This document shows, in pieces, positions 49,261 to 63,209 of a stretch of DNA of 64,000 bases. This DNA comes from Oikopleura dioica (taxonomy: Eukaryota > Animalia > Chordata): the NCBI GenBank assembly GCA_907165135.1, contig OU015569.1, positions 7,316,001 to 7,380,000 of the forward strand. Direction: 5' to 3'. A model generated the notes under the pieces. The model saw nothing but the letters and a program-made list of their open reading frames with translations, did not search any database and had not been told where the DNA came from. Position numbers and translations under genes: made by a program. Each line of letters starts with the position of its first letter. Position 1 is the first letter of the stretch.

Positions 49261-52200
49261 GTTCTGGTAAAATACTGTATTTGGTATTCATCAATTTATC
49301 TAGCTTAGTGAGAGGGCAAAACTTCTGGCGGACTTCCTTGCGATTTCTTTAAGGGGCATTCAGGCACTGATAGGGAAGTCTATCTCGAAAATGTTTGACT
49401 GGAACCCACATAGGATGCGCAATACGCTCACTTCGGAAGCAGTAGTTCTAGCTCGGCACAAAAATGCACTGGTTAGATTTGGTGCTAATTGACGCGGGAA
49501 CTTGGTAAAACAAGATCCTCGAAAAACTGAGGCCACTTCCGCCAGTAACCAAGAAGGTAAATGCAACTGCGGCTTGGCAGATCTGGGCGGCCCAGATTTT
49601 ATCAGCTCACATAATCTTCATACTAACTTGTCACTGAACGGTTTTTCGAAGGTGTTATCGATTTTGTCTTCGATAAAACAGTCAAGAGCACAAATTTTTC
49701 AAGATAAACAAGCATCCATTATTTTTTACAGGAAGCATCATTAATCTACTACGGATCCACGGAGATGCATGCTCCATTGCTCCCATAGTCAGAGTTTGTT
49801 GCTTATTGCAGATTGGGTTAGTTAGGAGCGGGCGGCATGACCTTCCCGCTTGGTTGGAGCTAAATCACATTTGGCAGAAACAAGTAGCCGACCAGAAAAT
49901 AACGTGATCAAATCTGATGAGAACCTTCGTACAAAAAACACCCCGGAAATCAGTCAAAAACAAAGCCAGTAACCTCTACTTAGTCCAGATTTTTGGGATT
50001 TTTGTACGACTTACCAAGTGACGGCAGTGGCGTGCTCGTGGGTTTGGGGCCATTTGCTCGAGCTCCAACACTAAAAAAGAAAGATTAGCTTTTCTGAATT
50101 TTACTATTGGTAAATTAAATGTGATGGTCAAGAATCAAGTCTCCAGTCAAGGACGGGGGGGCTCCAGTCTGGGTGGATACTACTTCCGGAGCAATACAAT
50201 GCCTTTTTGAAAAGTTGTGAGGCTTTTGCGTCGCTGTCTGCTCAAATATTGTAATAGTCGCTTTTGTCTGAACTCCGAAACGCGGAACGTGTGAATGTTT
50301 TGGGCGATTTTGTCAGTTCGCTGCCCGGGCAAGTATCAAAGAGATACGCCTGTCCGAGCGCTCGGCCTCTTATCTCCCCTTGCTAGAGGTGCACTCAACG
50401 TGCATCATAATTTCGAGCGAATGCCATCTCAACAAGCCTCTAATTCACAATTATCCTCGAGGGTAATTTCTACATCGAGAGAGAGAGAGAGCGAGAACGA
50501 TCCCTATACTCGCGATCTCGTCGGAAATAGAATCTTTGAGCAGGATCGGACCCCGTGCGAGGTTTATTATTATGACACTTTGCTAAAATATTTAGCCTTC
50601 CTCCTCTCTGAGCTTATACAGATAGCCTGCTGAAAACTTCGGGCAGCGAGCCAACGCTTGAGAGCTGAAGCTCTCCCCAGGATTTGGATAATCCCTATTT
50701 GCGAGGAGAAACAACTCAATTATGAATCAATTTATTTGAAAGGTCTTATGCTCTCAAACTTGAGACAGTCTCTCTGGGACCATTTGTTGATGGTCAAGGG
50801 AAATTTAGGTAAAAGATCTCAGGGGACCAACACTTAAGTATATTAATTACCTCAAAAAGTCCGGTTTAAATCGATACAAGCGTATAGTCAGCGTTTTTTG
50901 TTAAAAAGGTTCGGAAGAAAAAATGCAAATCTAAACCCTTTTGTTTCAAGCTGATTTCTACCGGCGGCTCTCTGGTGATGCTGATGCAATTCTGGCTAAA
51001 CGAATTATTCTGTTTTGCGTAAATCTTATTTCCACTCTTTCGCCGGCAAAAGGCAAACTTTATCTAAAACGATTTCCGCACTGGGGCCATGTCCGATTTC
51101 TTTCACATTTCACAAATGGAAGGGATGCAATCTGGGGACTCGCTCTGGGCCGTTGCCAAAAAAGAGCCTTGGAGTAATTTAGATAATCCGTCTGGTCATA
51201 GGTTATTGAATTGACAGATTTTCTTGATTGGACTAAGCGAATCGTGTTGAGTAAAAATAGCGGCAGTAGTACGTGTGGGAAGACGCATACGGGCTAAATT
51301 TAACCTGTTGATCCAGTTTTCAAGTACCTCCAGTTCAAATATACCCATAAAATAACTTGAGCGCGCGTTAGGATGATAAAGTTTAGCTGTGTGTGTCCAC
51401 AGTACAAAATAGTAGATTTACTGCAGGCCAAAAGCAAATATTTAGGAGCTGTCCGAAGGAGAAACTTGAAGCAGGTGATACCACCCCAACGACTCTCAAT
51501 TTCCCGTGTTTCCTTTTCTTCGTCATAGTACGCTACTTACAGTAATCATTTTGGAGTGACTGCATCGTGATGGAAGCTGAGGTTTACGTCGTTTGTTTTC
51601 TATTCTGATTCTACTTCGCACATGCGCTGACAGAAGACTTTCTGGCAAGGGAAAGAAACCTGAAAAAGTGACGTTAAGATAAGTGTTCTTCCCAGACGAA
51701 AAGGAAAAGAGCGATGAATGCACTATCGACGTCAATTATAACTCTCTTCATTACTGCGAAAATGCATAGAAATCGATCAGTGAGGAACCGCTCGCTCCCG
51801 TTTCTCACGTTGTTGTCGGGCCAAACCGTCGTGAGTTTAATATTCGTTGCAAAAATACCAATCACAACAACGCTCGGGCTCACAAGACGCCTGTGCACTA
51901 GAATGATTTTTAGTGTATCGTGTTCCTATGGACAAGTGGCAGGTTTTCCTTTCGAAATTGAGGCGCGCGTTTGATCTTTTATTTTAGGCCGATGCCGTCC
52001 AATTGACTAAATATAAGGACGGGAGAAAAAGAGAAATTCTGACACCGATCTTCCGGTCGCACCTTATAAATTCAGAATGATCGAAATCGCGATCCTGATC
52101 GAACAATAATCGAACCTCGCCATCTTATCACTGCAGGCGCGCGTTTTACCTATCGATCGCAACGCTCCAGGACCGATAAGAATCCTACAGAAGGTCTAAT

Positions 52201-55200
52201 ATTGAGTTTCTTGCTGCTCCCGATCAGAATTTCGATACGCAAAGTTCAATGTTTCCCGTCGGTCAATGTCGTTTGTTTCATTTGAGTACATGGGCGGGAC
52301 ATTTCACCGGAAAATACTTTATTTCCGCTAAAATTTCCCGCAAATAAGCCCGACAGGAAGTCGGCGCGCGATTTTAATCTCCCACGATAGATGCAGTTTT
52401 ATTTTAAAAGAAAAATGTTCATTTTGGGTAAATAATCGGCCACTTGATCCGACACTATCGCCCCAGTTTCGAGTGTCTCATTAAATATTCCCATAAATGT
52501 GTTCTACTAAAATTACTTATCGACGAAAACATCGAGTACTAAGAGTTTTATTGGCGCACTACGAAATGAGAAATGTAAAATCTACCCTGGCGCGATAATT
52601 CTTCGTTTGGTTTATGATAATTCAACTTTCGCTACATAAAGTAATTAATTATGGTTGCAATCTAAAATCTACTGATGATGTTTATTTTGCCTGCGTGCAG
52701 AACCACGTTTTCTTTCACGTTTTCTAATCCGATCACTTATGAATAAATATGGAATCGTGACATTACCTGTCTGAAGTAGCGCGGCGCGGCGGAAACAGTC
52801 GTCTTCCTTTCTACTATCTCTTTCTCAGTTCGATAAAGAACCTCTATGGGATAGTCCCGTTAATGCTCTGTTAAGAATATTTAGAGATTTTGATTTCAGC
52901 TTGTTTGATTTTTCGCGACAGGCGCAAAAAGTGCGCTCGCTGCTGCCATCAATTCCGCGGCGCCTCGCTTAGCTTTAGTGGCGGCGGCGCATCGCGCATT
53001 TCTTTCCCAGCGTTTCTCCAGGTGCGATTTCTCCGCGCAAATTTCAGGCTTCCCCCTCGTTCCACCTTCTCCCTTATTGTCTCGTCCAACACCAGCACGA
53101 TTTACATCAATCAAAGGCCATCGCTTACTCTTTGCTTCCAATTCCATGGGAAATCAATCATCAGAACGTTTCTCAAAATCCCATTTTATTCACTTTTGAT
53201 CAAGGGTCTTTAATAATCGAGTGAATGTGTAGTTATCTATTCCGTTGCAAAACTGTGCAAATGATAAAAAAATTAGAAATTTGGGTAATGAGGAAATTTG
53301 ACAAAGATATGATGATCTGACGTTTTTTTTTATAACAATCTCGCATTTTTAGAGTTGATGAAGGTCGCAATCATGAAAGTGCATGAAGTTTTCCTAAAAA
53401 CAAAACCAGCAGGAACTAATACTATTTTGAAAATAGTATCGCACTCCAAAAGTCGCTTCATCAAATTGAATTTGTAAAAAAGTAAGAACCAGCTACAGTG
53501 TTTGTTTAACACAAAATAGGGAACAATCAAAAGAATAATCGTAATAATAAACACTCCATCCGGAGAGCGTAAAACGTAAGATTCTTGATGGTCACTGTGG
53601 CCTAGTCACAGTTGACCGACTTCCTTCCTACTGCATCACACCGCGAGGCGGTAGCCGATTGAAGATGGCGGGAACTGTGCCCAAATATATCTCCTTTAGC
53701 AATCATTATGACGCCTTGAAAGGCGGCCTGAGCTCATGGGTAGGTCAAGCTCGTGGCTTTTCTGTTCCGGCTGGGATGTAAATATTCGACTGCATTTTTA
53801 AAGGAACAAAAGTAAAGATATTCTGGATCGTAAGCAAGAAACAATAGCGCAGAAGGTTAGACTCATCACTATTAAATATTGAAGAGAAGTAACCGGCCCT
53901 TGCTATCTTGGAAATAATCTGGTCGCACGTAATTTGACGACTAAGTGATGAGGTACTTTGACCCAGTACAAGGTCAGATCGAGGCGAGTAACGGTTAGGA
54001 ACTAGGGCAAATCGATTGCCCAACGAATTCGCAGCAGGCTGCAGCGATTTCACGCTGTGGTACGCGTGGATGCGCTCTTCACGTCGTATTTACGCTGTAT
54101 GTCTTCGATTAGGCCCTTTTCCTTCAGAACCAACGAATAAGCTCACATCTTTTCGGCTTCCCTCGTAATTACAAACTTCGCACGAGTCAAAGCTCAAATA
54201 GGAGACTCACTGCCGAGGTAAAAATTTACAAGATAACGATATTACCGTTTCATTCATCGTCTTAAAATGTGCGATTGATGGATCGATTTTGACCTAGCTT
54301 CAATAAAAAAAGCAACGCGTCATCACGAGAAACAACTTCCGGATTTCCGTCTCGTTCTGTCGTTTTATTCGACATTACATCGAAGTCATTAATAGATGTC
54401 AGACGAGATGGATGCTCCTCTGGAATTGCCCTTTGCCTTCTCATTTTGAGAGCATGAATTAACGTGAGAGAGTTAGACAAAGAGTGTTAACAGAATACTT
54501 TGTTAATATAAAGCTTTCGCACATACCGCTCATATTTTGGTTCAAACATCTTCTAGAGAGCCAAAATATTTTTAGGTTGCACAGGCTTGTTTGGTATTGA
54601 TTTGCAACACTAATTCTCCTGACAAGACTTCGTTATTTTCCGTCAGCAGTTGTTGCGAGAGTAGATATTGTTCAGAATAATTCAGCGTATATTTCCATCA
54701 ATGGAAATTATAAGTTCAAAAATAGCCAGTGTGTACAGGTGGGTTAAAGTTCGGAAGAGCGAATTTTCGGAGATGAAATTCGAGTCGCAAATGGAGGATT
54801 TACTATTGCGCTAAGAAAAGCTGCGCAAAATGGCCTCTTGAAAAGTAGCAGGTGTCTCATTGACACCGCGCAAGATAAACGCTCGTCGGAAGTAGGGACA
54901 ATGCCACGCGCGTGTGCCCAAATTATTTCTTACTGAAAAATTTGCTTATCGGCGTAAATCATACACTATCCTACACTCCGTCTTTACTGTGATGAAAAAT
55001 ATCTCAACTGTCTGAAACTCGTTGGCAATTCACGTTTTCTGAAACGCTTTCGCAATGTTGTATAAAACTCGGGTAAACAGATCTAGTCGGAATAAGGGTT
55101 ATGTCTTGTATGATTGTATGAAATTGTCGTACACCCTGGAGTTTATTTAATTGATGTTCGTCGAACAAGGAGTGTGGATTCTCCGCCGAAAACTCCTACG

Positions 55201-58200
55201 AAAAAGCATTCAATGAGTGGTGGCTTATGCATCTGAAGAGAAAATTTTCCTCCTTTCTTCCTCGCCGGCGTACCTCATTAGCGGATTGATTTTTCGAAAT
55301 CCTGAGTGGGCTCCCGTTCTGAACCTTTTCGATTTTTATTCATCCCGTTTTCGCCGCGCAAAGGCATTAATGTTAAATGAGAGCACTTGAGAATTTCGAT
55401 TCGACCGCACCGTCTGGTATCAACAATGGGTACTTACGCGTTTGTCTCGCTTGAACACTTAGTTCTATTTTTGGAATTTTCGCGAAACTCAGATCAAACA
55501 TGGTAGACATATCTTTAGATTTTGGCTGAACAACTTTGAGAAGATAATCTCTGCCCCCATCGCAAACGTAAAAAGATCGAGAAGAAACTTCATTATATGG
55601 TAAGGCGACACTTGCACCAGTGATTATTAGGTCATCGTGGAACCTTCTTTTGAAAGCCTTTTAAAATAATTCTCTATCTCGCTAAGAAACCTTCAGTAGC
55701 CCGTGGTATCTACTTGTAGAGCAACGAGTGAAAGATTTCTTGAAAATGATTCTAGCTACAGGATTTCAAAAACAACTATTGAGAATAAATTGGCTTACCA
55801 AAAACTCTGATCTGAAAAGTTTTAGAATTCTTCAATTCTACAAGTAAGACAATTATTTTTTGACAGTTTCGTTTCCGTCCATTGTTAAAATTCTCGACAG
55901 TGAGATATTGTTAAGCACAGCTTGTTCTAAGTTTAACTTCTAAGGCGGAAAGGCATTACCACCGTTATTTTCTTTCATAAGAGAATGTGTTGATGCCAAT
56001 AATTTATTGGCTCAGAAAAATTTAAGTTTGCTGATATGGACGTGTGATTTGTGGACATGCTACGCGAGAATGCCTTTTGCCAATATTTTCAGTGAGCAGT
56101 GACCCACGGCACCTGCATCTGGAGTCGGCTACTATGTTATTGCGCGAAAGAAATAAACATCGAAAGGGAAAGGTCTCATTCGGCGCAGCTTGATTTCACG
56201 CGCTTTGATTTTTCACGAGGACACCGCGACAAGTGATAACAACGCGCCAAAATGCTGATATATTGGGGTCATGGAAGGTGAGGAGTCCAAATATGCAGGT
56301 GGTCTCACCTCGTTGTCTCGGGACCATGCAGATGCGAGCAAGTGCGGCGGATCAATAGCGTAAACTGCCCTGCATCGCAGATAAAATCAACATCCGCTAC
56401 CCCCCTTAGAGAGATAATTTGACGCAAACTGGAATTTTGAATAATATATTTCGACGATGAAATACAAAATGTACAAGATTTTGAGAAATATACAATGAAT
56501 ACATAATGAATATGAGTTTGTACAAATTATAATTCGCTATAAACTGATTTAAACTGGACGATGGGCTCATCTGGGGAGCCTAATTGGCGGCAAATTTCTC
56601 GGATATTTCTAGGAGTTCATTAGAAAAAGAATTTTTAATAAAATTAACCTTCGTTGCCAATCTTCAGGCTGATTCGAAATCTCTTCAAACCAGCAACGAA
56701 TTGAGTAATGCTTTACTCTGACGATTGACTTTCGTCGTCGATATTTTCCGTTCGCAAATTTGTTTAAATTTTCCACTTTATAGTTCCACACAATTTTACA
56801 GGCTCTACGAATGCAATTTCGTCCGGAACTAGCAGCTCTGTAGGCAGAATGGATCGCCTAAACCAAATTACCGCGGTTATAAGATAGACTAAGGGGAGTG
56901 AGAGACCTGGTTTGAGTTCTCTGGCCAGTTTTTTGATTTTCTCTTTCACTTCTTCGTAAGTAGGAAAATTAAATTTATGCTTAGCCGCCATATTTTTTGC
57001 GAATTACGCTTGCACCGAAGAGCTCCGTCCCGATTACGACCTAGATTACCATCACTTCTACCCCCAAGCTACTCTTGAACCGCCGCGCTAGCTCACAGCT
57101 GTTATCTCATTTTCAAATCTGTACCTATTTGGACTCCTCACCTTCCATAAACTCGATATATTTACAACGGCTAGTCAAGCTTCTCTTCCTCGTTCTCTTC
57201 AGCCAGTTCTTTCGCAGTTCTAGTTGGCGTGTTGCCACCATTTCCAAGGGCTCCTGTCAAACATCTTTGAGATTTAAAAACGTCCTAATTTCCATCGAGT
57301 TCACGAATGGAATCATCTCTCTGGAACCCTTTATTTCTAAGTAAACCTAGGGAAAAGTCTATTTTGCTCTTTGTCGGGTTTAAAGGAACGCTTATTTTGA
57401 GGCTATTGATCCTTCCGCTTGACGCAGCACGGATGGACCGTCTCAAAGTCACGCAAAACTGTTCTAGCTAAATTAAAATCTTACGAAATCTTGTCGTGTC
57501 GATACCACCCTACATATAAGATTATCAAAGAGGCAGCTAATGCGCCTGAGAAACTTTCAAACGTGAAATAATTATAGGCACAAATTCTTCGCCGCCAAAT
57601 CTCTACTTCCGAAAAATTCACAAATTTGCGTAGCTACCAATTTCAGCCCCCGAAAATCGACTTGACATATTTTTTTTTATCCACGTAACAATTATGACAA
57701 TTAGCACCATCAAACTTAGGAGAAATTCACTTTTTGGTGTATTGATAAAGACAACATGCTCTTTCGTAATAGAGCAGAAGAATTATGATGCAGAACCGGA
57801 TTTCGTCGCAAAAATTGACATAACAGGCCGCGTAGAGTGGATGGATCTTTACCCACAAAATTGTGATGTTCTACATGCGCAGATGTTAAAAGGAAAAACC
57901 GTATTTTGATAAATGTTTCCGCCCCGACAGACGGAATACACTAGTGAGTTATGACCCCTTATAAATATTGGGCCCATTCGAAATTGATCAAAAAATTTGC
58001 AATCGTATTAAAAATTAATAAATTGAGGCAGAACTGTAGATTATAAAAGCGCAACTTGTGTCAGAGAGCAGATGAACATAGGATCGGGCTCAAGAATATT
58101 TGCTTGGTAGAAGTTGAGTATCTTAGACCCGCAAAAGAGAACAACCACAACATCGTCAACAATATCGACTTACGTCTTAATTCAGGCCGGTTTCTTATAA

Positions 58201-60659
58201 AAAGCCAACAGAGACTAAAGAACTTCGAGTTGAAATCTTAAAAGAACTCATACAGCAACAATTGTCGCAAGAGTTCACTACTTTTTCTCAGAATCTGCGA
58301 GCTAAAATGGCCATGTCAAATGTCTTCCTCGGCGCTAGCATTGGATTTTGCTTTCTCCTTCTTCTTTTTGTCTTCACAATCCTTTTCCGAATCAAATCGT
58401 AAGTCATCCCAGTCGAAACAGAATAAACGCAGATTTAGAGGTCAAAAAGTCTGCTGCTTCCCCTGTGGAAAGCTTCGGAAGAAAAAGTCCACAGTTGCAG
58501 GAACAGGCGGAAACTCAAACGGAGAACCAAAGCTTTTAAAATCGACCACAGTGAACCCAGAAGCCTCGGACCAGCCAATCGTCAACGTATAGAATAGTAG
58601 CAATACTAAAGTCATCACCGAATTGTCAAAAAATCTACATCTTGACCCTTCCTCTACGATAACTGTTCAGTTCATTTCAAAACAAAATAAATCAGTGTTT
58701 TCCATACATAAATCAAAGGAGACAACGACATTGGCGCAACTAAAATTTATTTGAATGTTTGACTTTGAGAATTTTTTGGCGAAATCTCGCACCAAGGAGT
58801 GAACGTCCATTGTCGATGAAGTTCAAGTTGAATGTTCGACAAGCTAAATATTGGATTTAAGTGATGAGCGCAAAAGAAGTGATTAGCGATCACTTACCTT
58901 CGAGTTCTGACGTTTGAGCGGTTGTTTTACTTTCTGCGGCAGATCAGCGCTTTTTGTCACAGCAGGTTGGCCCTCGACACTGTTCACTCGTGCCAGGGGG
59001 TTGTGACGAGGGTCTTTCTGAAATGCATACCATCATCATACATTTTTGGAAGTTAATGTCGTACCTTGCTCATTTTCACCACTTCCATGTTGTAGTCGCC
59101 GGAGTCAAAGTATTTTCTTCCAGAACCTTATTATTGATTACTCACTCTACTCAGTACATTCATTCACCTTTGAGTTTTTTCATGAGCATCGAACCTTTTC
59201 GCCGGTCAATATTTCCATACCGCGCTCTATATTTTATTGAGTTTCAAAAACAAAATTATATGCTCATACTTCAACTTATCTTCTTGTGATTTGATTGCAC
59301 TTTCTCTCTCTGCAATGTCCGTTGCTTGGGAGGTATCTTCCATGTTCGCACCTTTATCGTTGATATTCTGTAAGTGCTTTTAAAGCAAGTCTAATCATTC
59401 ACCAGTAACTAAGGAGATAAAAGCCTTTGTCTTATCATTGCCCGTATCGGCGGATTGCTCCGACATTCTCTTGGTATTTAAGTTTTTACGATGCGTGTCT
59501 ATTGACTGGAAACAATAATATGAAGAAATGTGGAAAAGTAATTCTGAAAAAAGTCCCAAAGCGTTCCTGATCGATTTGGTCAGCCGTGCCAAATTGGTTA
59601 TCTCAGCAACGCTCCAAAGACTTTCATCAAAACGAAGGGGCTTTCTATATTTGTGATGTTCTTATTCAAAGTATGGATAATAATTCAATAATATGAAAGA
59701 GAGAAGACTTTTAAGGAATATATTCGCTTCAAATGAAAGTAATTGCTCAATGATCGAAAAGCAAAACACAAATTGATGGATTTCGAAGTTCGAAATATGG
59801 ACAAGGCAAATGTAATTAAAATATATCTTGAGGATTTTTCTGATGATAATTTTTCTGAAATTGAATCAAACTGTTACGAACCATTACATACATATATTGA
59901 ATATGTAAGATTACGTTTTGTTTTCAATGAGATTTTGTTGCGTGAGAATAGCAAAAATTAGAGCCAAAACTCTCAGAAATCGACAGCCACGGATGGATAC
60001 GAAAAAAACTCATGCAACGAGTGGCCCCTCATTTACGACCAGGCTATCTTCCATGATAATAGTTAAGGTTTATCATCACCTTCCTGAAAAAAAGCTGACA
60101 GAATGAAGATTCACGAAATAATAAACAATGAAAATTAGAGGCTCTAATTTAGGGCTTCGCCTGACGAAGTTCGTCAACATAACTATAAACAAGTATATCG
60201 TCAATCTTTTTTATGCAAATGACGAGAGCATAACGCGCTCCGTCTGTCATTTATCCCCCGTTCTTTCCATATTCTTCTTATTTATCGCAGCAGTTTATTA
60301 TGCAGCTGGACACGTTGAATCAACAGATATTCGTGATTTTCGAATAAATATAAAGTCGGAATAATGAATCAACTGCTTGCACAACGATAATCTTACTTAC
60401 ATCAATACCATTTAAAAAAGAACCCGCTAAAAAAATATGGTAGAATTAGAGCTCTTGATTTCCTTGTTGCTGTCTATTGCAAATACAGACTCTAAAGGTC
60501 AGATAAAGGAACGATGAAGAATCGTTAGAATTTTGGTAGTCCGCTTTGTTGCGCGTTCGTTGGTGCGCGTTTTGAGCCCGCGGCAGAGTTCCATATTGAA
60601 AAGTCCCCAGCCAAATAGAGCTGTCCTGAAAGTAGTATGCAAGAGAAACTTGATTCAGG

Positions 60660-61339
60660 ATGGCCTCCTATTTACTGGACGCGTTATCCATACAACTGTT
60701 CGTCTGCCTTATAATTCTTGTAATAGAAGTTCTTGCGGTGCATATAGGCAAAGAGTTAAAAGAGATCAAAAGAAGTAGACATTTTCCTGCAGATCACCTT
60801 AAAACTCTTCGAAGGACTCGTTGTTTGTTTGATAAAATTCCGCTACTACCGTGGAAAGTATCAAACACTAAAAGATCTGAAAAATTCAAAGACTTTGTGT
60901 CAAAAGAAGTGAAACCGTTGGTAGAGACAACCGATAGTGAAGCACAGTCAGATGAATCGTGCTTCGATAATAATGGCTATTTATCAATAATAAAAGAAAA
61001 AGTAGTGGAAAAGTCCTTTCCCGCGCAGGAAATCGGGGAGCAGAACTTACAGCATCCTCTCGAGTCGCGGAAGGTATCTATGGCGCCGTCAGCTGAAACT
61101 TATGGAGAAGGATATGTCAATGAGGAAATGTACACATTCTCCCATCCAAATACAAATTACCAGGGTAAAGACGAGCACTACCAGATTGATGAAGGACCAC
61201 CCCAGTACGACGAAGAGATTCGCGGAGGATTCAATGGTCAGCCACAGGCTAGCTTTCAAGATGATCCGAGTCAATTTAGGAAAGGTTTTTTAATATCTCT
61301 CCCGAAAAAGTTAATTTACAAGTAGACAGAAAACTGTAG
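60660..61339 (+). CDS. 3' part of an uncharacterised membrane protein (upstream exons probably from ~59750)
   Basis: A hydrophobic segment LSIQLFVCLIILVIEVLAVHI is followed by a long acidic tail. A canonical 38-nt intron 61285-61322 leads to VDRKL*. Another hydrophobic stretch lies at ~60240-60310. Confidence 0.45.
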
Positions 61340-61369
61340 AACCTAAATAGTGGAATTGATGTTGAAAAA

Positions 61370-63209
61370 ATGGTTGACTTCTCTCGTGATCAACTAGACG
61401 TTGACAGGGAAGAAATCGCAACTCGAATAGGCGCGGACAAACTCTGGGTTCCTAATGGATTTCACGGCAAAACAACTGTACTCAATCTTTACGTCACTGG
61501 ACTCGTTACTAGCTCGCAGTTACAACAGCTTCATCTTGGACAAATAGGCCTAGAAGAGATCATGAACTGCACTTGGAGATTTTTATACGGCGATACCCCG
61601 GTCGGTGGAGTACTCGACATCAAAACGAGGTAAATGGCTCACCATTAATCACAAAACGATTCTTTAAGAGAGACCAACAACGTATCCGAAGCATTTGAAA
61701 AGGGTCTTCTATCAAAAAAACAGGCAATAATGCTACTCGAGGCACAGGCCTGTCTGGCCTGCATGATCAATCCGAAAACAGGCGACAAAATGCGAGTAGA
61801 AGAAGCGTTAGCGGCTGGTTACGTGTCGTCCAAGTTTAAACGACATTTACTTCTCGCAGAGCAGGCAGTGTTTGGCTTTGAAGCAGTCAACGGCCAGATC
61901 CTCTCTCTTTTTGACGCGATGAAACTCGGCATGGTTCCACAAGGAATGGCCTACAGAATAATGGAGGTACAATTTGTGACCGGCGGACTCATCTGTCCAC
62001 GCCGACGACATCGAGTACCTACAAATGTTGCGCTTCGTTCTGGACTTATCGACACTGAGACTTTGGGAGTACTCCAAAATAGGGAGGGCTAAAATCCGAA
62101 TAGGCAATCAAAGTATTAAAGCAGATTTTGACCCATGAAAGACAATCTGGAGAGTCGTACCGCAAACTCTACGATACAGCTCAAGATGATCCAGAGAGTG
62201 GTTTCCGCGTGCTTTACATCGATCCAGCCCTAGCAATCCCAAAAGAAGCGAAATCAATTGATCATACAATGTTTGATGAGCCTTTACAGCCGTCAAATGC
62301 TGGTAACAAGCTTGATACTTTGGCAAAGTCAGGAATGATAGACCAGCAGATTCTTCAAAAGGTAAAGATGTTCATATTTGCAATTTTATTCATATCGCAT
62401 ATTAAGTTTAAAAAAGGCGAAATAGACGAGAAAGCCATCAAAGAAAAATTGATGCCATTTGTTGGTGGCTCTGGTGCGATCGGAGGTGTATTACACAAAG
62501 AGACTGGAAGTATTTATTCCTTCACCGAAGCGCTAGAACTTCGCCTAATCAAGCGATCCGTAGCAATAGAGTTTCTTCAAGGTATTTCAGTTGTCGTTCT
62601 ACAAGTTTGTTTGAATCCTGTTTAGCTCAAATTGCTACAGGTGGACTTATTCATCCCAAAACTGGAGAAAAAGCATCATTACAAAATGGAATTTCCTATA
62701 ATTGGGTGCCGAAGATATTCGAACACAGCTTACTAGAGGCTGAACGAGCATATAAAGGCTTTACTATTGCCGGCCATTCAGGTCCTGTCCCGTTAGTTGA
62801 GGCTATCCGGGTTGGCATCGTTGGTGAAATGCAAGGCACGCGATTCTTAGAGGCTCAAGTTTCCACTGGCGGACTGGTCGACCCAGCATACGGATATAGG
62901 TATCTTAGTAGTCTACGATCGAGCTCTTTAATTTTTCAGAATTCCTCTTGATATGGCGAAATCACAGAATCTCGTTGATAACAGAGTTATCGGACTGCTG
63001 ACACCGGAATCTCCAGAGCAGAAGGGATATGTTGACCCACAAACTGGTATGTTCTTTTTGATTTGTCATTTTGTTGATGAATTTAAGGCGAAAACAAAAC
63101 GTACGAAGAACTGCTATCCGCGTGCATAAAGCGCAACAACATTCCATTACTCCAAGTAACAGATCGTGCGAACCAGATCACGCAGAATCAAATGGTTTTC
63201 ATCGGATAA
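61370..63209 (+). CDS. Plakin-repeat-domain protein (two PRDs plus linkers; epiplakin/plectin/desmoplakin-like tail only)
   Basis: LLEAQACLACMINPKTGDKMRVEEAL; LLLAEQAV.GF; IMEVQFVTGGLICP; SYRKLY..DPESG; AQIATGGLIHPKTG; LLEAERAYKGF; RFLEAQVSTGGLVDP; KGYVDPQT|GENKTYEELL..MVFIG*. Confidence 0.88.

Noticed and set aside
53590-53617. Hairpin GGTCACTGTG..CACAGTTGACC
   Set aside because: It is isolated and too short for a pre-miRNA, with no family features.
56390-56408. CTACCCCCCTTAG resembling a family A Kolobok right end
   Set aside because: No matching left end or TTAA duplication was found.
58930-60780. DC-STAMP-like identity for the membrane protein upstream of the plakin gene
   Set aside because: The resemblance is only vague and the exon chain could not be assembled.
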